Assembly: GCA_028289445.1 (NCBI GenBank)
Contig: JANQPO010000014.1
Coordinates: forward strand, 467,944-531,943
DNA: 64,000 nt
Origin: Tepidamorphaceae bacterium
GTDB taxonomy: Bacteria > Pseudomonadota > Alphaproteobacteria > Rhizobiales > JAKSCL01
Direction of reading: 5' to 3'
Shown here: positions 1 through 8,835 of the stretch, piece after piece
Numbering within the stretch: the stretch's first letter is position 1
How the letters are laid out: each line of letters opens with the position of its first letter
Notes under the pieces: generated by a model
The model's input: only the letters and a program-made list of their open reading frames with translations
Databases searched by the model: none
Told to the model about the DNA's origin: nothing
Program-made: the position numbers and the translations under genes

Positions 1-260
1 TCCTGCGCGGCCTCTTCAGCGGGCGTCGTTGCGGGTTCTGCGCTTCTTTCCGCGACGGCGGTCGAGTCTTCTGCTTCGGCCGCGGTCTCCGACTCAGACG
101 GAGTCACATCGGCGATGCTCGGCCCGGTGATCCCGAGCACGGCATCCATCTGTCCGCGGATCGTGTCGTTCGACACATAGGCCATGCCGAAAAACGTCAG
201 GATCGCCACCAGAAAGGCGGCGATGACGACAACCACATCCTGCGTTTTTGACTTGCCCAT
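1..260 (-). CDS. hypothetical membrane-anchored protein, N-terminal fragment (continues past the window start)
   Basis: ATG at 260-258 on the minus strand. My translation MGKSKTQDVVVVIAAFLVAILTFFGMAYVSNDTIRGQMDAVLGITGPSIADVTPSESETAAEAEDSTAVAERSAEPATTPAEEAAQ stays open to position 1. It has one N-terminal TM helix followed by an acidic Ala/Pro/Thr-rich stretch, with strong G/C at third codon positions. It is absent from the ORF track because it has no stop in the window. Confidence 0.5.
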   Translation of the reverse strand, partial: MGKSKTQDVVVVIAAFLVAILTFFGMAYVSNDTIRGQMDAVLGITGPSIADVTPSESETAAEAEDSTAVAERSAEPATTPAEEAAQ

Positions 261-408
261 AGCCCAAACCCACGCGTCTGCGTTCACCCTTCCTACCCCG
301 CCCACCCGATTCCGGCAAGCTGACACCGGCAGCAGTGTGAATCACCGACATTCACGCTATCGTGCGCTGAGGCTTGACGCTTCGCCTTCACGCGGGCGAG
401 ATGCTGCC

Positions 409-1014
409 ATGGAATCAGTCAAGAGCATTTGCGTTTACTGCGGGTCATCCCCCGGAAATCGCGGCACCTATTGCGAAGCCGCCTCGGCGTTGGGTGCCGC
501 ACTCGCGGCATCCGGGATTCGCCTAGTCTATGGCGGCGGCTCGACCGGCCTCATGGGTGAGCTGGCTCGCGCGACGCTGAAGGCGGGCGGCGAGGTCACC
601 GGCATAATTCCGCGCTTCCTGGTCGAGCGAGAGGTCATGCTGCGCGATGTCGATGACCTCATCATCACCGAAGACATGCACGAGCGTAAAAGGCTGATGT
701 TCGAGCGGGCCGACGGCTTTATCGCGCTGCCGGGCGGGATCGGGACCCTGGAGGAAACGGTCGAGATGCTAACCTGGCTTCAGCTCGGCCAGCATCTCAA
801 GCCGGTGATTATCGCCAATATCGATGGCTTCTGGAACCCGCTCTCCAACCTGATCGACCACATGCGCAACGAGGGCTTCATCCGCAACGGGATGGAGGTT
901 GTCTTGAAAGTCGTCGATCGTGCCGAGGACCTGGTTCCGGCGGTTCAGGCGCTGGCGGCGACCTTGCCGGGTGCCATCGAGGAGACCGGCGCGCCGTCCC
1001 TCAAGAGCTTGTAG
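409..1014 (+). CDS. LOG family protein (cytokinin riboside 5'-monophosphate phosphoribohydrolase-like, TIGR00730 type)
   Basis: Track ORF 184..1014. The homology starts at the internal ATG at 409 (MESVKSICVYCGSS...). It carries the LOG hallmarks GGGSTGLMG and PGGIGTLEE. The upstream 75 codons are low-complexity. Confidence 0.88.
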   Translation: MESVKSICVYCGSSPGNRGTYCEAASALGAALAASGIRLVYGGGSTGLMGELARATLKAGGEVTGIIPRFLVEREVMLRDVDDLIITEDMHERKRLMFERADGFIALPGGIGTLEETVEMLTWLQLGQHLKPVIIANIDGFWNPLSNLIDHMRNEGFIRNGMEVVLKVVDRAEDLVPAVQALAATLPGAIEETGAPSLKSL

Positions 1015-2576
1015 ATAATCGAGTCGTAGAGTGCCTGGAACGAGGCATCGACGATGTTCGAGGACACGCCGACCGTCGACCAGCGATTGCCGGCCGCATC
1101 CCGGCTTTCGATCAGCACACGGGTAACCGCGCCCGTGCCGCCGTTCAGGATACGCACCTTGTAGTCGACCAGTTCGAGGTCGGCGAGATATGCAGAGTAG
1201 TGTCCAAGGTCCTTGCGCAGGGCGTGGTCAAGCGCGTTGACTGGGCCGTTCCCCTCGCCGACCGACATTAATCGCTCGCCATCGACCGTCACTTTGACCA
1301 CGGCCTCCGAGACGGTGACCAGTTCGCCGATGGCGTTGTGGCGGCGCTCCACCAACACGCGGAAGCTATCGATCTCGAAGTAATTGGGCACCTGGTTCAA
1401 AAGGCGCCTAGCGAGCAGCTCGAAGGACGCTTCCGCCGCCTCATAGGCATAGCCGACGGCCTCGCGCTCCTTGACTTCTTCCAAGAGTTTCAAGGTCTTG
1501 GGGTCGTTCTTTTCGAATTTGAGTCCGATCCGGTCGAGCTCGGCCAGGACATTCGATTGGCCGCCCTGGTCGGAAACATGCAGCCGGCGGTGATTGCCGA
1601 CCCGCGCCGGGTCGACGTGCTCATAGGTCGCGGGGTCCTTGACGATCGCTGAGGCGTGAATGCCAGCCTTCGTGGCGAACGCCGTGTCGCCGACATAGGG
1701 CGCCTGGCGGAACGGCTGGCGGTTCAGCAACTCGTCGAATTCGCGGCTAACCGCTGTCAACTCGGCCAGCTGATCGTCGCTGACGCCAGTCTCGAAGCGC
1801 TCGGCGTAGTCCGGTTTCAGTTTCAGCGTCGGGATCAGCGAGACCAGATTGGCGTTGCCGCACCGCTCGCCGATGCCGTTCAGCGTGCCTTGAATCTGCC
1901 GCGCGCCGGCCCTGACCGCGGCCAACGCATTGGCGACGGCGTGCTCCGTATCGTTGTGGGTGTGGATTCCCAAACGGTCGCCCGGGACGACCGAGACGAC
2001 ATCGGCGACGATCCGCTCCACCTCGCTCGGCAGCGTTCCGCCATTGGTGTCGCACAGGACGACCCAGCGCGCGCCGGCATCGGCTGCCGCCCTGGCGCAG
2101 GACAGCGCATAGTCGCGGTTGGCCTTGTAGCCATCGAAGAAGTGCTCGCAATCGATCATCGGTTCGCGGCCCTTCTCGGTGATGGCGGCCACGGATTCGG
2201 CAATCGCTTGAACGTTCTCTTCCTCAGAAATGCCCAGTGCCACGCGCACGTGAAAGTCCCAGCTCTTGGCAACGAGACAGATAGCTTTCGCCGCGCCGTC
2301 GAAGAGAGCGTTGAAGCCTGGATCGTTGTCGATGGAGCGGCCCGGCCGCTTTGTCATACCAAACGCCGTGAACGTCGCATGGGTGGTGCGCGGTTCAGCG
2401 AAAAAGGCCGTGTCGGTCGGATTGGCGCCCGGGAAGCCGCCCTCGATGTAATCGACGCCGATACGCTCCAAGAGGCGGACAATGTGACCTTTATCCTCCA
2501 GGGAAAAATCGATGCCCGGCGTCTGCGCCCCGTCACGCAGGGTCGTGTCGAAGAGATAAAGGCGGTCCTTGGTCAT
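945..2576 (-). CDS. cimA: citramalate synthase (LeuA/CimA family, with C-terminal LeuA-allosteric-type domain)
   Basis: 543 aa. The N-terminus LYLFDTTLRDGAQTPG is typical of the HMGL-like / 2-isopropylmalate synthase fold. Length and C-terminal regulatory domain fit CimA. The ATG at 2576 was checked. Confidence 0.88.
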   Translation of the reverse strand: MTKDRLYLFDTTLRDGAQTPGIDFSLEDKGHIVRLLERIGVDYIEGGFPGANPTDTAFFAEPRTTHATFTAFGMTKRPGRSIDNDPGFNALFDGAAKAICLVAKSWDFHVRVALGISEEENVQAIAESVAAITEKGREPMIDCEHFFDGYKANRDYALSCARAAADAGARWVVLCDTNGGTLPSEVERIVADVVSVVPGDRLGIHTHNDTEHAVANALAAVRAGARQIQGTLNGIGERCGNANLVSLIPTLKLKPDYAERFETGVSDDQLAELTAVSREFDELLNRQPFRQAPYVGDTAFATKAGIHASAIVKDPATYEHVDPARVGNHRRLHVSDQGGQSNVLAELDRIGLKFEKNDPKTLKLLEEVKEREAVGYAYEAAEASFELLARRLLNQVPNYFEIDSFRVLVERRHNAIGELVTVSEAVVKVTVDGERLMSVGEGNGPVNALDHALRKDLGHYSAYLADLELVDYKVRILNGGTGAVTRVLIESRDAAGNRWSTVGVSSNIVDASFQALYDSIIYKLLRDGAPVSSMAPGKVAASA

Positions 2577-3088
2577 GACGTTGGCTCGTTTTGCGGCCAG
2601 ACTTCAGTGTCGTGGTCCGGGTGCTGGTGGTTGGTGGCGCGAATGCGGGCCAGATGGTCGCCACGCTCGGCCAGGTCGGTCTCGGTCTCTTCGCCGTCCA
2701 TCGCGGCGACTTCGGCGAACCACGGCATGCGCCCTTCGGTACCATAGATGGAACGGGGCCGGACGCTGGCCGGATCGTCAAGCGATCCGAGCGTGAGGAA
2801 TGTTCGATCCGGTTCACTGTCGTCGATCAGGAAGAGCGGTGTGCCGCAGTCGCGGCAAAAACCCCGGCGAACAGGATCGGACGAGCGGAACCAGGCCGGC
2901 TCACCGCGTGTCATCGTCAGCGCTGAAGCGGGCAGGCTGGCGAGCGGCATGAAGAAGTTCCCGGCCGCCTTTTGGCACATGCGGCAATGGCACAGATGCG
3001 GGTCGCGTAGTTCCGCGTCGATCCGATAGCGCACGGCGCCGCATTGGCAGCCGCCGGTGTGAATCGGTATGAGGCTTCCTGTGGTCAT
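2573..3088 (-). CDS. GFA family protein (glutathione-dependent formaldehyde-activating / CENP-V-like zinc-binding domain)
   Basis: Cys ligand pattern GGCQCGAVRY...CHCRMCQK...GFCRDCGTPLF. I chose the ATG at 3088 (MTTGSLIPIHTGGC). The stop overlaps the cimA start as ATGA. Confidence 0.85.
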   Translation of the reverse strand: MTTGSLIPIHTGGCQCGAVRYRIDAELRDPHLCHCRMCQKAAGNFFMPLASLPASALTMTRGEPAWFRSSDPVRRGFCRDCGTPLFLIDDSEPDRTFLTLGSLDDPASVRPRSIYGTEGRMPWFAEVAAMDGEETETDLAERGDHLARIRATNHQHPDHDTEVWPQNEPTS

Positions 3089-3092
3089 GACG

Positions 3093-3221
3093 CTAAAGAA
3101 CCCCCGAGAAGTGGAGAACAACGAGCAGCACGACGGCCAGCACCAGGGCCTTGACGGCGATGTAACCGAGCCAGCGCTTGGGAAATGGCAGGTCGTCGAG
3201 CCAGGAGCCGCGCGACGTCAT
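3093..3221 (-). CDS. small hypothetical membrane protein (42 aa), not in the ORF track
   Basis: Hand translation MTSRGSWLDDLPFPKRWLGYIAVKALVLAVVLLVVLHFSGVL, with stop TAG at 3095-3093. It has one TM helix, and about 35 of 41 third codon positions are G/C. It ends 4 nt before the GFA start at 3088. Confidence 0.45.
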   Translation of the reverse strand: MTSRGSWLDDLPFPKRWLGYIAVKALVLAVVLLVVLHFSGVL

Positions 3222-3342
3222 CGCACTGCCCTTCCAGACAGGTCACCGCCGTCCCTACCTCGAGCCGGGACCCGGAGCAGCGACCTCCAAGCGCAGGGCA
3301 AGTGGCCCCGGATCAGGTCCGGGGCTGCGGAGATGGAGACCA

Positions 3343-4791
3343 TCATCGCACCACCTCCCACGTCGTCATGCGCTCGCCGGTATCCGGATCTTTCGAGTCT
3401 TTCAGTTGGATTCCCTGAGCCAAAAGCTCGTCGCGGATGCGGTCAGCCTCAGCCCAGTTTTTCTCACGGATGAAGTCGAGGCGACTAGCGATGTGCTGAT
3501 CTAAATCGGATTCAATGAGCCCGATTTTCTCCAAAAGCAGGGAGTCAAAGGCGTTTTCTACGGCGTTTCGGATGCCGTATCGCTGCTCATCACGACGCTT
3601 GGCGGCAATCTCCGCAATTCTATGATCTTCCAGACCTAGAAAATAGACAGACGCCGCAAGATCAACCGGATTGGCGGCGCTTTGCTGAATAACTCGAATT
3701 GCCGCAACAGTATCCAGATCGTCACCTAGCGCATCCAATACTTCCGGTAGAACAGTCCCTTCATCGGGCGCGTATCGACGGGTTATATTTGCGAAACTAA
3801 GACTGATCGACTTAGCCTCTTCTAGCCGGTTAACAGTCCAGTCAATTGGCTTCCGATAGTGCGTCATCAGCATCGCCAGCCTTAGGACCTCCCCCGGCCA
3901 CTTGCGCCCACCGAACTTCTCGGTCTCTAACAGCTCCTGAATAGTCACGAAATTCCCCAGGCTTTTGGACATTTTCTGTCCCTCGACCTGAAGGAAACCG
4001 TTGTGCATCCAGACATTCGCCATGACGTCGGTGCCATGCGCGCACCGCGACTGAGCGATCTCGTTTTCATGATGCGGGAAGACCAGGTCGATGCCACCGC
4101 CATGGATATCGAAGACTTCGCCGAGATAGCGCTTGGCCATCGCCGAGCACTCGATGTGCCAGCCGGGCCGTCCTCGACCCCATGGCGAGTCCCAGCCAGG
4201 TTCGTCATCGCTGGACGGTTTCCACAAAACGAAGTCCATCGGGTCGCGTTTGTAGGGCGCGACCTCGACCCGCGCGCCGGCACGCATGTCGTCGAGCGAG
4301 CGCTTCGACAACAGGCCGTAGTCGGGCATCGTCCCGACCTCGAAGAGGACATGCCCCTCGGCCGCATAGGCGTGACCGCCCTCGACGAGCTTCTCGATCA
4401 TCTGAACCATGCCCGCGACATGATCGGTGGCGCGGGGTTCATGTGTCGGCTCAAGCACGCCGAGTGCCGCAATGTCGCTGTGAAACTGGCCCGTGGTTCT
4501 TGCCGTCACGTCACCGATCGGCACGCCCTCCTCCGCCGCCCGGGCGTTTATCTTGTCGTCGATGTCGGTGATGTTGCGAACATAGGTGACATGATCCGGA
4601 CCGTAGACATGGCGCAGCAGCCGGAAAAGCACGTCGAACACGATGATCGGCCGCGCATTTCCGATATGAGCGTAGTCGTAGACCGTCGGGCCGCAGACAT
4701 AGAGGCGCACATTTTTGTCATCGATCGGCGCGAACGGCTCCTTTTGCCGCGTCCGCGTATTGTAGAGCGTGATGGGATGGTCTTGACCCAT
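3343..4791 (-). CDS. cysS: cysteine--tRNA ligase
   Basis: Class I aaRS motifs HIGNARP and KMSKSLGNF. The track start at 4821 is TTG. The in-frame ATG at 4791 ([12 protein letters not shown]) is preceded by GAGG. Confidence 0.95.
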   Translation of the reverse strand: MGQDHPITLYNTRTRQKEPFAPIDDKNVRLYVCGPTVYDYAHIGNARPIIVFDVLFRLLRHVYGPDHVTYVRNITDIDDKINARAAEEGVPIGDVTARTTGQFHSDIAALGVLEPTHEPRATDHVAGMVQMIEKLVEGGHAYAAEGHVLFEVGTMPDYGLLSKRSLDDMRAGARVEVAPYKRDPMDFVLWKPSSDDEPGWDSPWGRGRPGWHIECSAMAKRYLGEVFDIHGGGIDLVFPHHENEIAQSRCAHGTDVMANVWMHNGFLQVEGQKMSKSLGNFVTIQELLETEKFGGRKWPGEVLRLAMLMTHYRKPIDWTVNRLEEAKSISLSFANITRRYAPDEGTVLPEVLDALGDDLDTVAAIRVIQQSAANPVDLAASVYFLGLEDHRIAEIAAKRRDEQRYGIRNAVENAFDSLLLEKIGLIESDLDQHIASRLDFIREKNWAEADRIRDELLAQGIQLKDSKDPDTGERMTTWEVVR

Positions 4792-5133
4792 GACCTCGTT
4801 TCTCCAGGCAAACCGTTTCAACCGGCTGGCCGGGCGCTCAAGAGATGTTCATGGAAAAGACGAGAACGGCCGGGCCAGCGCTTTGGCTAGCTGATAATGA
4901 TCCCGCAAATGCAAATCGCGCGCATGCGCGTGGCCGTCTTCATGTGCACTCCCATGACGTAACCGGGCGCCGAGGTCAAGGGTTATCGCACGGCCGGCGT
5001 TAAAGGTCCGTCAACCAAGGCAGACGGTGGGCGCTAGCTGAACGCCACATGAATGCCCAATTCAGTGCGAGTTAATGGCCGGTGAATACATTGGCGGATA
5101 AGGTGTTCAACAGGTAACTGGGACTTAACCAAA

Positions 5134-5265
5134 ATGGCCAAGAGCTTCTTCTCGCTGTCGATTGCCGCTGCCATCGCGCTTGTCGCGCTCGGCGTTCTGT
5201 TTCAGCCCGGCCACAGCGCCACGCCGGTCGCGTTCTCTGCGCCGTCGATGACGTCCGCCCACTAG
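5134..5265 (+). CDS. small hypothetical secreted or membrane peptide (43 aa), not in the ORF track
   Basis: Hand translation MAKSFFSLSIAAAIALVALGVLFQPGHSATPVAFSAPSMTSAH. It has a signal-peptide-like N-terminus, and about 36 of 42 third codon positions are G/C. There is no clear Shine-Dalgarno sequence. Confidence 0.35.
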   Translation: MAKSFFSLSIAAAIALVALGVLFQPGHSATPVAFSAPSMTSAH

Positions 5266-5273
5266 GTCAACGC

Positions 5274-5792
5274 TTACTCGGCCACCCAATCCGCGCAGGC
5301 AGGTGCCGGCGCATCGCCCCAGGGCATGATCGGGACCGTGGATGTCGAGTTCTTTGGCGAGCCTTCGATGAGCTTGTCGGAGTAGATCAGGTAGACAAGA
5401 ACGTTCCGTTTCGCGTCGCAGCCGCGCACGATCTGGACCTTTTTGAAAACCAGCGACCGCCGTTGGCGGAACACTTCGTCGCCTTGTTCGAACTTGTCCT
5501 TGAACTTCACCGGGCCGATCTGGCGACAAGCAAGTGAAGCGTCGGACAGTTCCTCGGCGACGCCCAACATGCCGGACACACCGCCCGTTTCCGGCACCGT
5601 GTAGTGGCAGGCGACGCCGTCAACGAGCGGATCATCGATTGCATAGGTCGCAAGTTTGTGGTCGGGCGTCAGAAACTTCCAGACGGTCGACCGTTTGAAA
5701 ATCAACTCGGGTTCCTGCGCGGTCGCTGGCAAAATGGCGACCCAAGAACAGACAATGACAATTGTTGCGCTGACAAGGAGGCGAAGACGCAT
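5274..5792 (-). CDS. creA: CreA family protein (periplasmic, unknown function)
   Basis: Internal ATG at 5792 gives MRLRLLVSATIVIVCSWVAILPATAQE (signal peptide). It is collinear with E. coli CreA as I remember it (PDHK..A.DDP..V.CHY...GG..G.LG.AE..SDA...C.Q.GP...VFKK.Q.VR..D.KRN.L.YL.YSDK..EGSPKN). Confidence 0.85.
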   Translation of the reverse strand: MRLRLLVSATIVIVCSWVAILPATAQEPELIFKRSTVWKFLTPDHKLATYAIDDPLVDGVACHYTVPETGGVSGMLGVAEELSDASLACRQIGPVKFKDKFEQGDEVFRQRRSLVFKKVQIVRGCDAKRNVLVYLIYSDKLIEGSPKNSTSTVPIMPWGDAPAPACADWVAE

Positions 5793-5854
5793 TGTTGGCC
5801 CTTTCGAGACGAATTGACCCACACATAAGCGCTTCGTTCGCCGGCCGCCAGCCG

Positions 5855-7381
5855 TTATCCGTAGGTTCCCGTGTTCTCGGCCATGTCGGCGATCCAGTCG
5901 ACGACGACACAATTGCGCCCGGCCGATTTGGCCTCGTAAAGCGCCGCATCGGCCCGTGCGATCACCGCGTCCATCGTATCCTCGCCACCCGACAGAAGAG
6001 ACACACCGAAGCTGGCGGTCAGCGACAGCGAAATGTCTTTGTGCGTAATCTTGAGCCCGCTGATGTGGTTGCGCATTGTTTCCGCGAGCGCGTGCGCGGC
6101 AGCGAGGGTTCTGTCGGCCAGGATTACAGCGAACTCCTCACCACCGAACCGGCCGACGATATCGTCAGGACCGGCCAAACCCGCCATCGCCTTCGCAACC
6201 ATGGTAATCGCCGCGTCGCCGGTCGCATGGCCGTAGGTGTCGTTGACCTGTTTGAAGTGATCGATGTCGGAAACGATGACGGCGACCGGCATATCGTTGG
6301 CCGTAGCCGACTCGATCAGCGCCTCGCCGCGCTCGATGAAAGCGCGTCGGTTGCAGATCCCCGTCAGAGGGTCGGTGTCGGCGATTTCCTTCAAGCGTTG
6401 CTCGGCCGATTTACGACGCTCGACCTCGCGCGCCAGTTCCTCGCGCGAGAGCTGCAGTTCCTCCGCGAGCGCCGCCAGATCGGCGGCCTGCTGGCGCAGG
6501 GTTTCGTGTTCATGGACCAGATCGGCGTGCTTGCGGCGAACGGTATCGGCCGCCTCCACGATGTCGCTGACATCCGTGAACGTGATCATGGCACCGTCGT
6601 CAAGCGGCACCACGCCAATCCGGAACGCATACGTGTCGTCGACGCTTGCCACGGGAGCGTCAAGAGCGCGGGCCTCGCCGGAATCGAGAACTGTCTGGAT
6701 CTCGCGCCACTGCCATTCGGCAACCATGTGCGGCATGACCTCGCTCATGCGGCGACCGACGAGTTCCGTCTCTTTGCCGAGATTGCCAAGCATCCGAATG
6801 CGCTGGTTGGCCGAAGTAATCTTCGCATCGCAAATCCGGCCGGCGTCATCGGCGATCGGCTGAACCGTCAATATGCCATCAAGACTGGCTTCGACGACGG
6901 CATCGGAGGACGTGGGACGCAGCTTGGTCGGAACGCAATAGACCAGAAGCATGGGATGGCCATCGCCGCGCTCAATCGGCAAAACAAGGCGTTCCCAAGT
7001 ATCTACGGACCTCACCGCAGCCGGATGCCGGAAGTAGAGAGGGCGACGCTCTTCGATGCAGCGGATGTACCGTTCCACGGTGACGTTCGGGATATCCTTG
7101 GGCAATTGGTCGGTCGTCTTGCCCGTCATGTTGAACCCGACATATTGCAGGAACTGACGCCCTTCGTAGAGAAACATGAACGACTTCGGACCGACCTGGT
7201 CCAGGAGCATCAGGTTTTCACGGTAAGGCGCGAGGGTTTGAAGGTTAAGGGCGGACATACCCGGAAGGCCGCCATCGACCGACCGCGACGCGATCGTCCA
7301 CATCCGAAAAAGCTGATCGATCTCGGGCGCCTGGCAGTGCGACGAAATGTCGTCGACATATTCCTCGATTTCGCCGTCCAT
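5855..7381 (-). CDS. diguanylate cyclase (N-terminal sensory/PAS-like region, coiled coil, GGDEF domain)
   Basis: Active-site RFGGEEFAVIL with a preceding RxxD-type region. The track start at 7432 is GTG. I prefer the ATG at 7381 (MDGEIEEYV), which is preceded by AGGCGGA. The start is uncertain by 17 codons. Confidence 0.9.
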   Translation of the reverse strand: MDGEIEEYVDDISSHCQAPEIDQLFRMWTIASRSVDGGLPGMSALNLQTLAPYRENLMLLDQVGPKSFMFLYEGRQFLQYVGFNMTGKTTDQLPKDIPNVTVERYIRCIEERRPLYFRHPAAVRSVDTWERLVLPIERGDGHPMLLVYCVPTKLRPTSSDAVVEASLDGILTVQPIADDAGRICDAKITSANQRIRMLGNLGKETELVGRRMSEVMPHMVAEWQWREIQTVLDSGEARALDAPVASVDDTYAFRIGVVPLDDGAMITFTDVSDIVEAADTVRRKHADLVHEHETLRQQAADLAALAEELQLSREELAREVERRKSAEQRLKEIADTDPLTGICNRRAFIERGEALIESATANDMPVAVIVSDIDHFKQVNDTYGHATGDAAITMVAKAMAGLAGPDDIVGRFGGEEFAVILADRTLAAAHALAETMRNHISGLKITHKDISLSLTASFGVSLLSGGEDTMDAVIARADAALYEAKSAGRNCVVVDWIADMAENTGTYG

Positions 7382-7623
7382 TCCGCCTTTACCGGTTTTG
7401 CCCGCCTGGCTGGGCCTGGCCAGCGCGCTCACACTGGCCGGGACACTACCCAGGGAGCGTTTCCAATTGTTTACACTGTAAAGACTCTAAATCTTGTGGC
7501 CGGTCGTCACTTGGCGAAACTAAGCATGGTTAAGCAGTGGACGTCTCCCGGTCAGCGGAATAGACTCACGGCAAAAGCCGCTTCAAAGACACAAGATGCC
7601 CCATTTTCGGGCACGCGTTTGGC

Positions 7624-7644
7624 ATTGGATTTGCTAAATCCAAT
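7624..7644. promoter_or_regulatory. perfect 9-3-9 inverted repeat (ATTGGATTT-GCT-AAATCCAAT) in the divergent GGDEF/DUF2865 intergenic region
   Basis: Read directly from the sequence. It lies about 50 nt upstream of the DUF2865 start, in a locally AT-richer stretch. It could be an operator or a 5'-UTR hairpin. Confidence 0.3.
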
Positions 7645-7692
7645 GTTTGATCGAACCCGATCTCGAGAATGCCGGACGGCTGAGGCACGCAA

Positions 7693-8835
7693 GTGGTGAC
7701 TGTACTGCGCATTTTTTCTTTGACGGCACTTGCGGTTGTGCTGTGGACGAACTCGGCCGACGCCCAGTTGTTCAACGTGTGCGAAAGGCTGCGGGCTGAA
7801 CTCGGCAATGCCCAGGCACGGCAATCCGCAGTCGGCGTTTCCGGCCGCAATCGCAGGGCCGTCGAGCAGCAGCGCGCGGAGTTACGCCAAGCCCAACGGC
7901 TAGCAAAACGACGCGGCTGCAATCAGCGCTCCAATCGAAACAGCCGGCGGTGCCGGGCGATCGGCGGCAGCATTCGCGCCATGCAGGCAAACTTGACCAA
8001 ACTCGAGCGGCGTGCCGGCCGGCGCGGCGGCAATGCCGGTGAGATCGAGCGCATCAAGAAGCGCATGCAGCGCCACAATTGCTATGGCCAGAGTCGGTCC
8101 GCCGCCGTCCGTCGTCCGCGCTCAAATACCGGTTTGTTCGGCCTCTTCAATTTCGATAATGGCGTCACAATCACCCGTGGCTACCGTCGCGGCTCTCCCG
8201 AACCCTACGTTCAGGAAGTCGAGCCCGGCCTTTATGGTAATTTCCGCACGGTGTGCGTGCGGACCTGCGACGGCTACTTCTTTCCAGTCAGCTTCTCGAC
8301 AACATCGCGCAACTTCGATCGCGACGCTCAACAATGTGCCTCCATGTGCGGTGGAAGCGAGACGCAGCTTTTCGTCTACCGCATGCCTTACGAAACGCTG
8401 GAACACGCACGCACCGTCTCCGGCGAACTCTACAGCAGCCTGCCGAATGCGTTGCGCTATCAGCGCGAATATGTGCCCGGCTGCACATGCCAGGCCAATC
8501 AAAGAACGGCGATTCTGGATGCGATCCGCAAGGAGCGCGCGGCCGCCGAAAGCCGCCTTCTCATGACATCCGACCGCGCCCGGAATGGTGCCCCGCCGCT
8601 TGAGCCGACACGGGACTACGTCGATGTCATGAGCCTGCCCAGACCCGAAGTGGAGCCCCTGTTGGAGGCACAACTGCGCCCGGCAAAGACAGATGTTCGC
8701 AACGTCCTGGATCAACCGGGTGTCGATCAGGCGGCGGTGCCAGTGAAATACAAGATCAGTTTCGAGACCTTCCCGCCGCTGCCGATCAAGCGGCCCGACC
8801 CGCTAGACGGCAAGCAGCTTTCTCTCGCCCAATAA
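7693..8835 (+). CDS. DUF2865 domain-containing secreted protein
   Basis: GTG start followed by a signal peptide ([21 protein letters not shown]), then a basic coiled-coil region and the Cys-rich block [18 protein letters not shown]...CASMCGG that I associate with DUF2865 of Rhizobiales. The 3' end overlaps gltX by 50 nt (convergent). Confidence 0.75.
   Translation: MVTVLRIFSLTALAVVLWTNSADAQLFNVCERLRAELGNAQARQSAVGVSGRNRRAVEQQRAELRQAQRLAKRRGCNQRSNRNSRRCRAIGGSIRAMQANLTKLERRAGRRGGNAGEIERIKKRMQRHNCYGQSRSAAVRRPRSNTGLFGLFNFDNGVTITRGYRRGSPEPYVQEVEPGLYGNFRTVCVRTCDGYFFPVSFSTTSRNFDRDAQQCASMCGGSETQLFVYRMPYETLEHARTVSGELYSSLPNALRYQREYVPGCTCQANQRTAILDAIRKERAAAESRLLMTSDRARNGAPPLEPTRDYVDVMSLPRPEVEPLLEAQLRPAKTDVRNVLDQPGVDQAAVPVKYKISFETFPPLPIKRPDPLDGKQLSLAQ

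Noticed and set aside
94-351. An 85-aa minus-strand ORF at the left edge of the window.
   Set aside because: It is in a different frame from the better-supported truncated gene that starts at 260. Its Gly/Arg-rich translation has no features.
5792-7699. A 635-aa ORF on the plus strand, together with similar long ORFs such as 1656..2747, 17211..18395, 33685..34737, 36264..37376, 44799..45488, 49550..50485, 50365..51321, 52161..53087 and 58645..59277.
   Set aside because: All lie antisense to, or out of frame with, genes that have unambiguous family signatures. Their translations are Arg/Ala/Gly/Pro-rich low-complexity sequence with no recognisable motifs. This is the usual shadow-ORF artefact of high-GC DNA.
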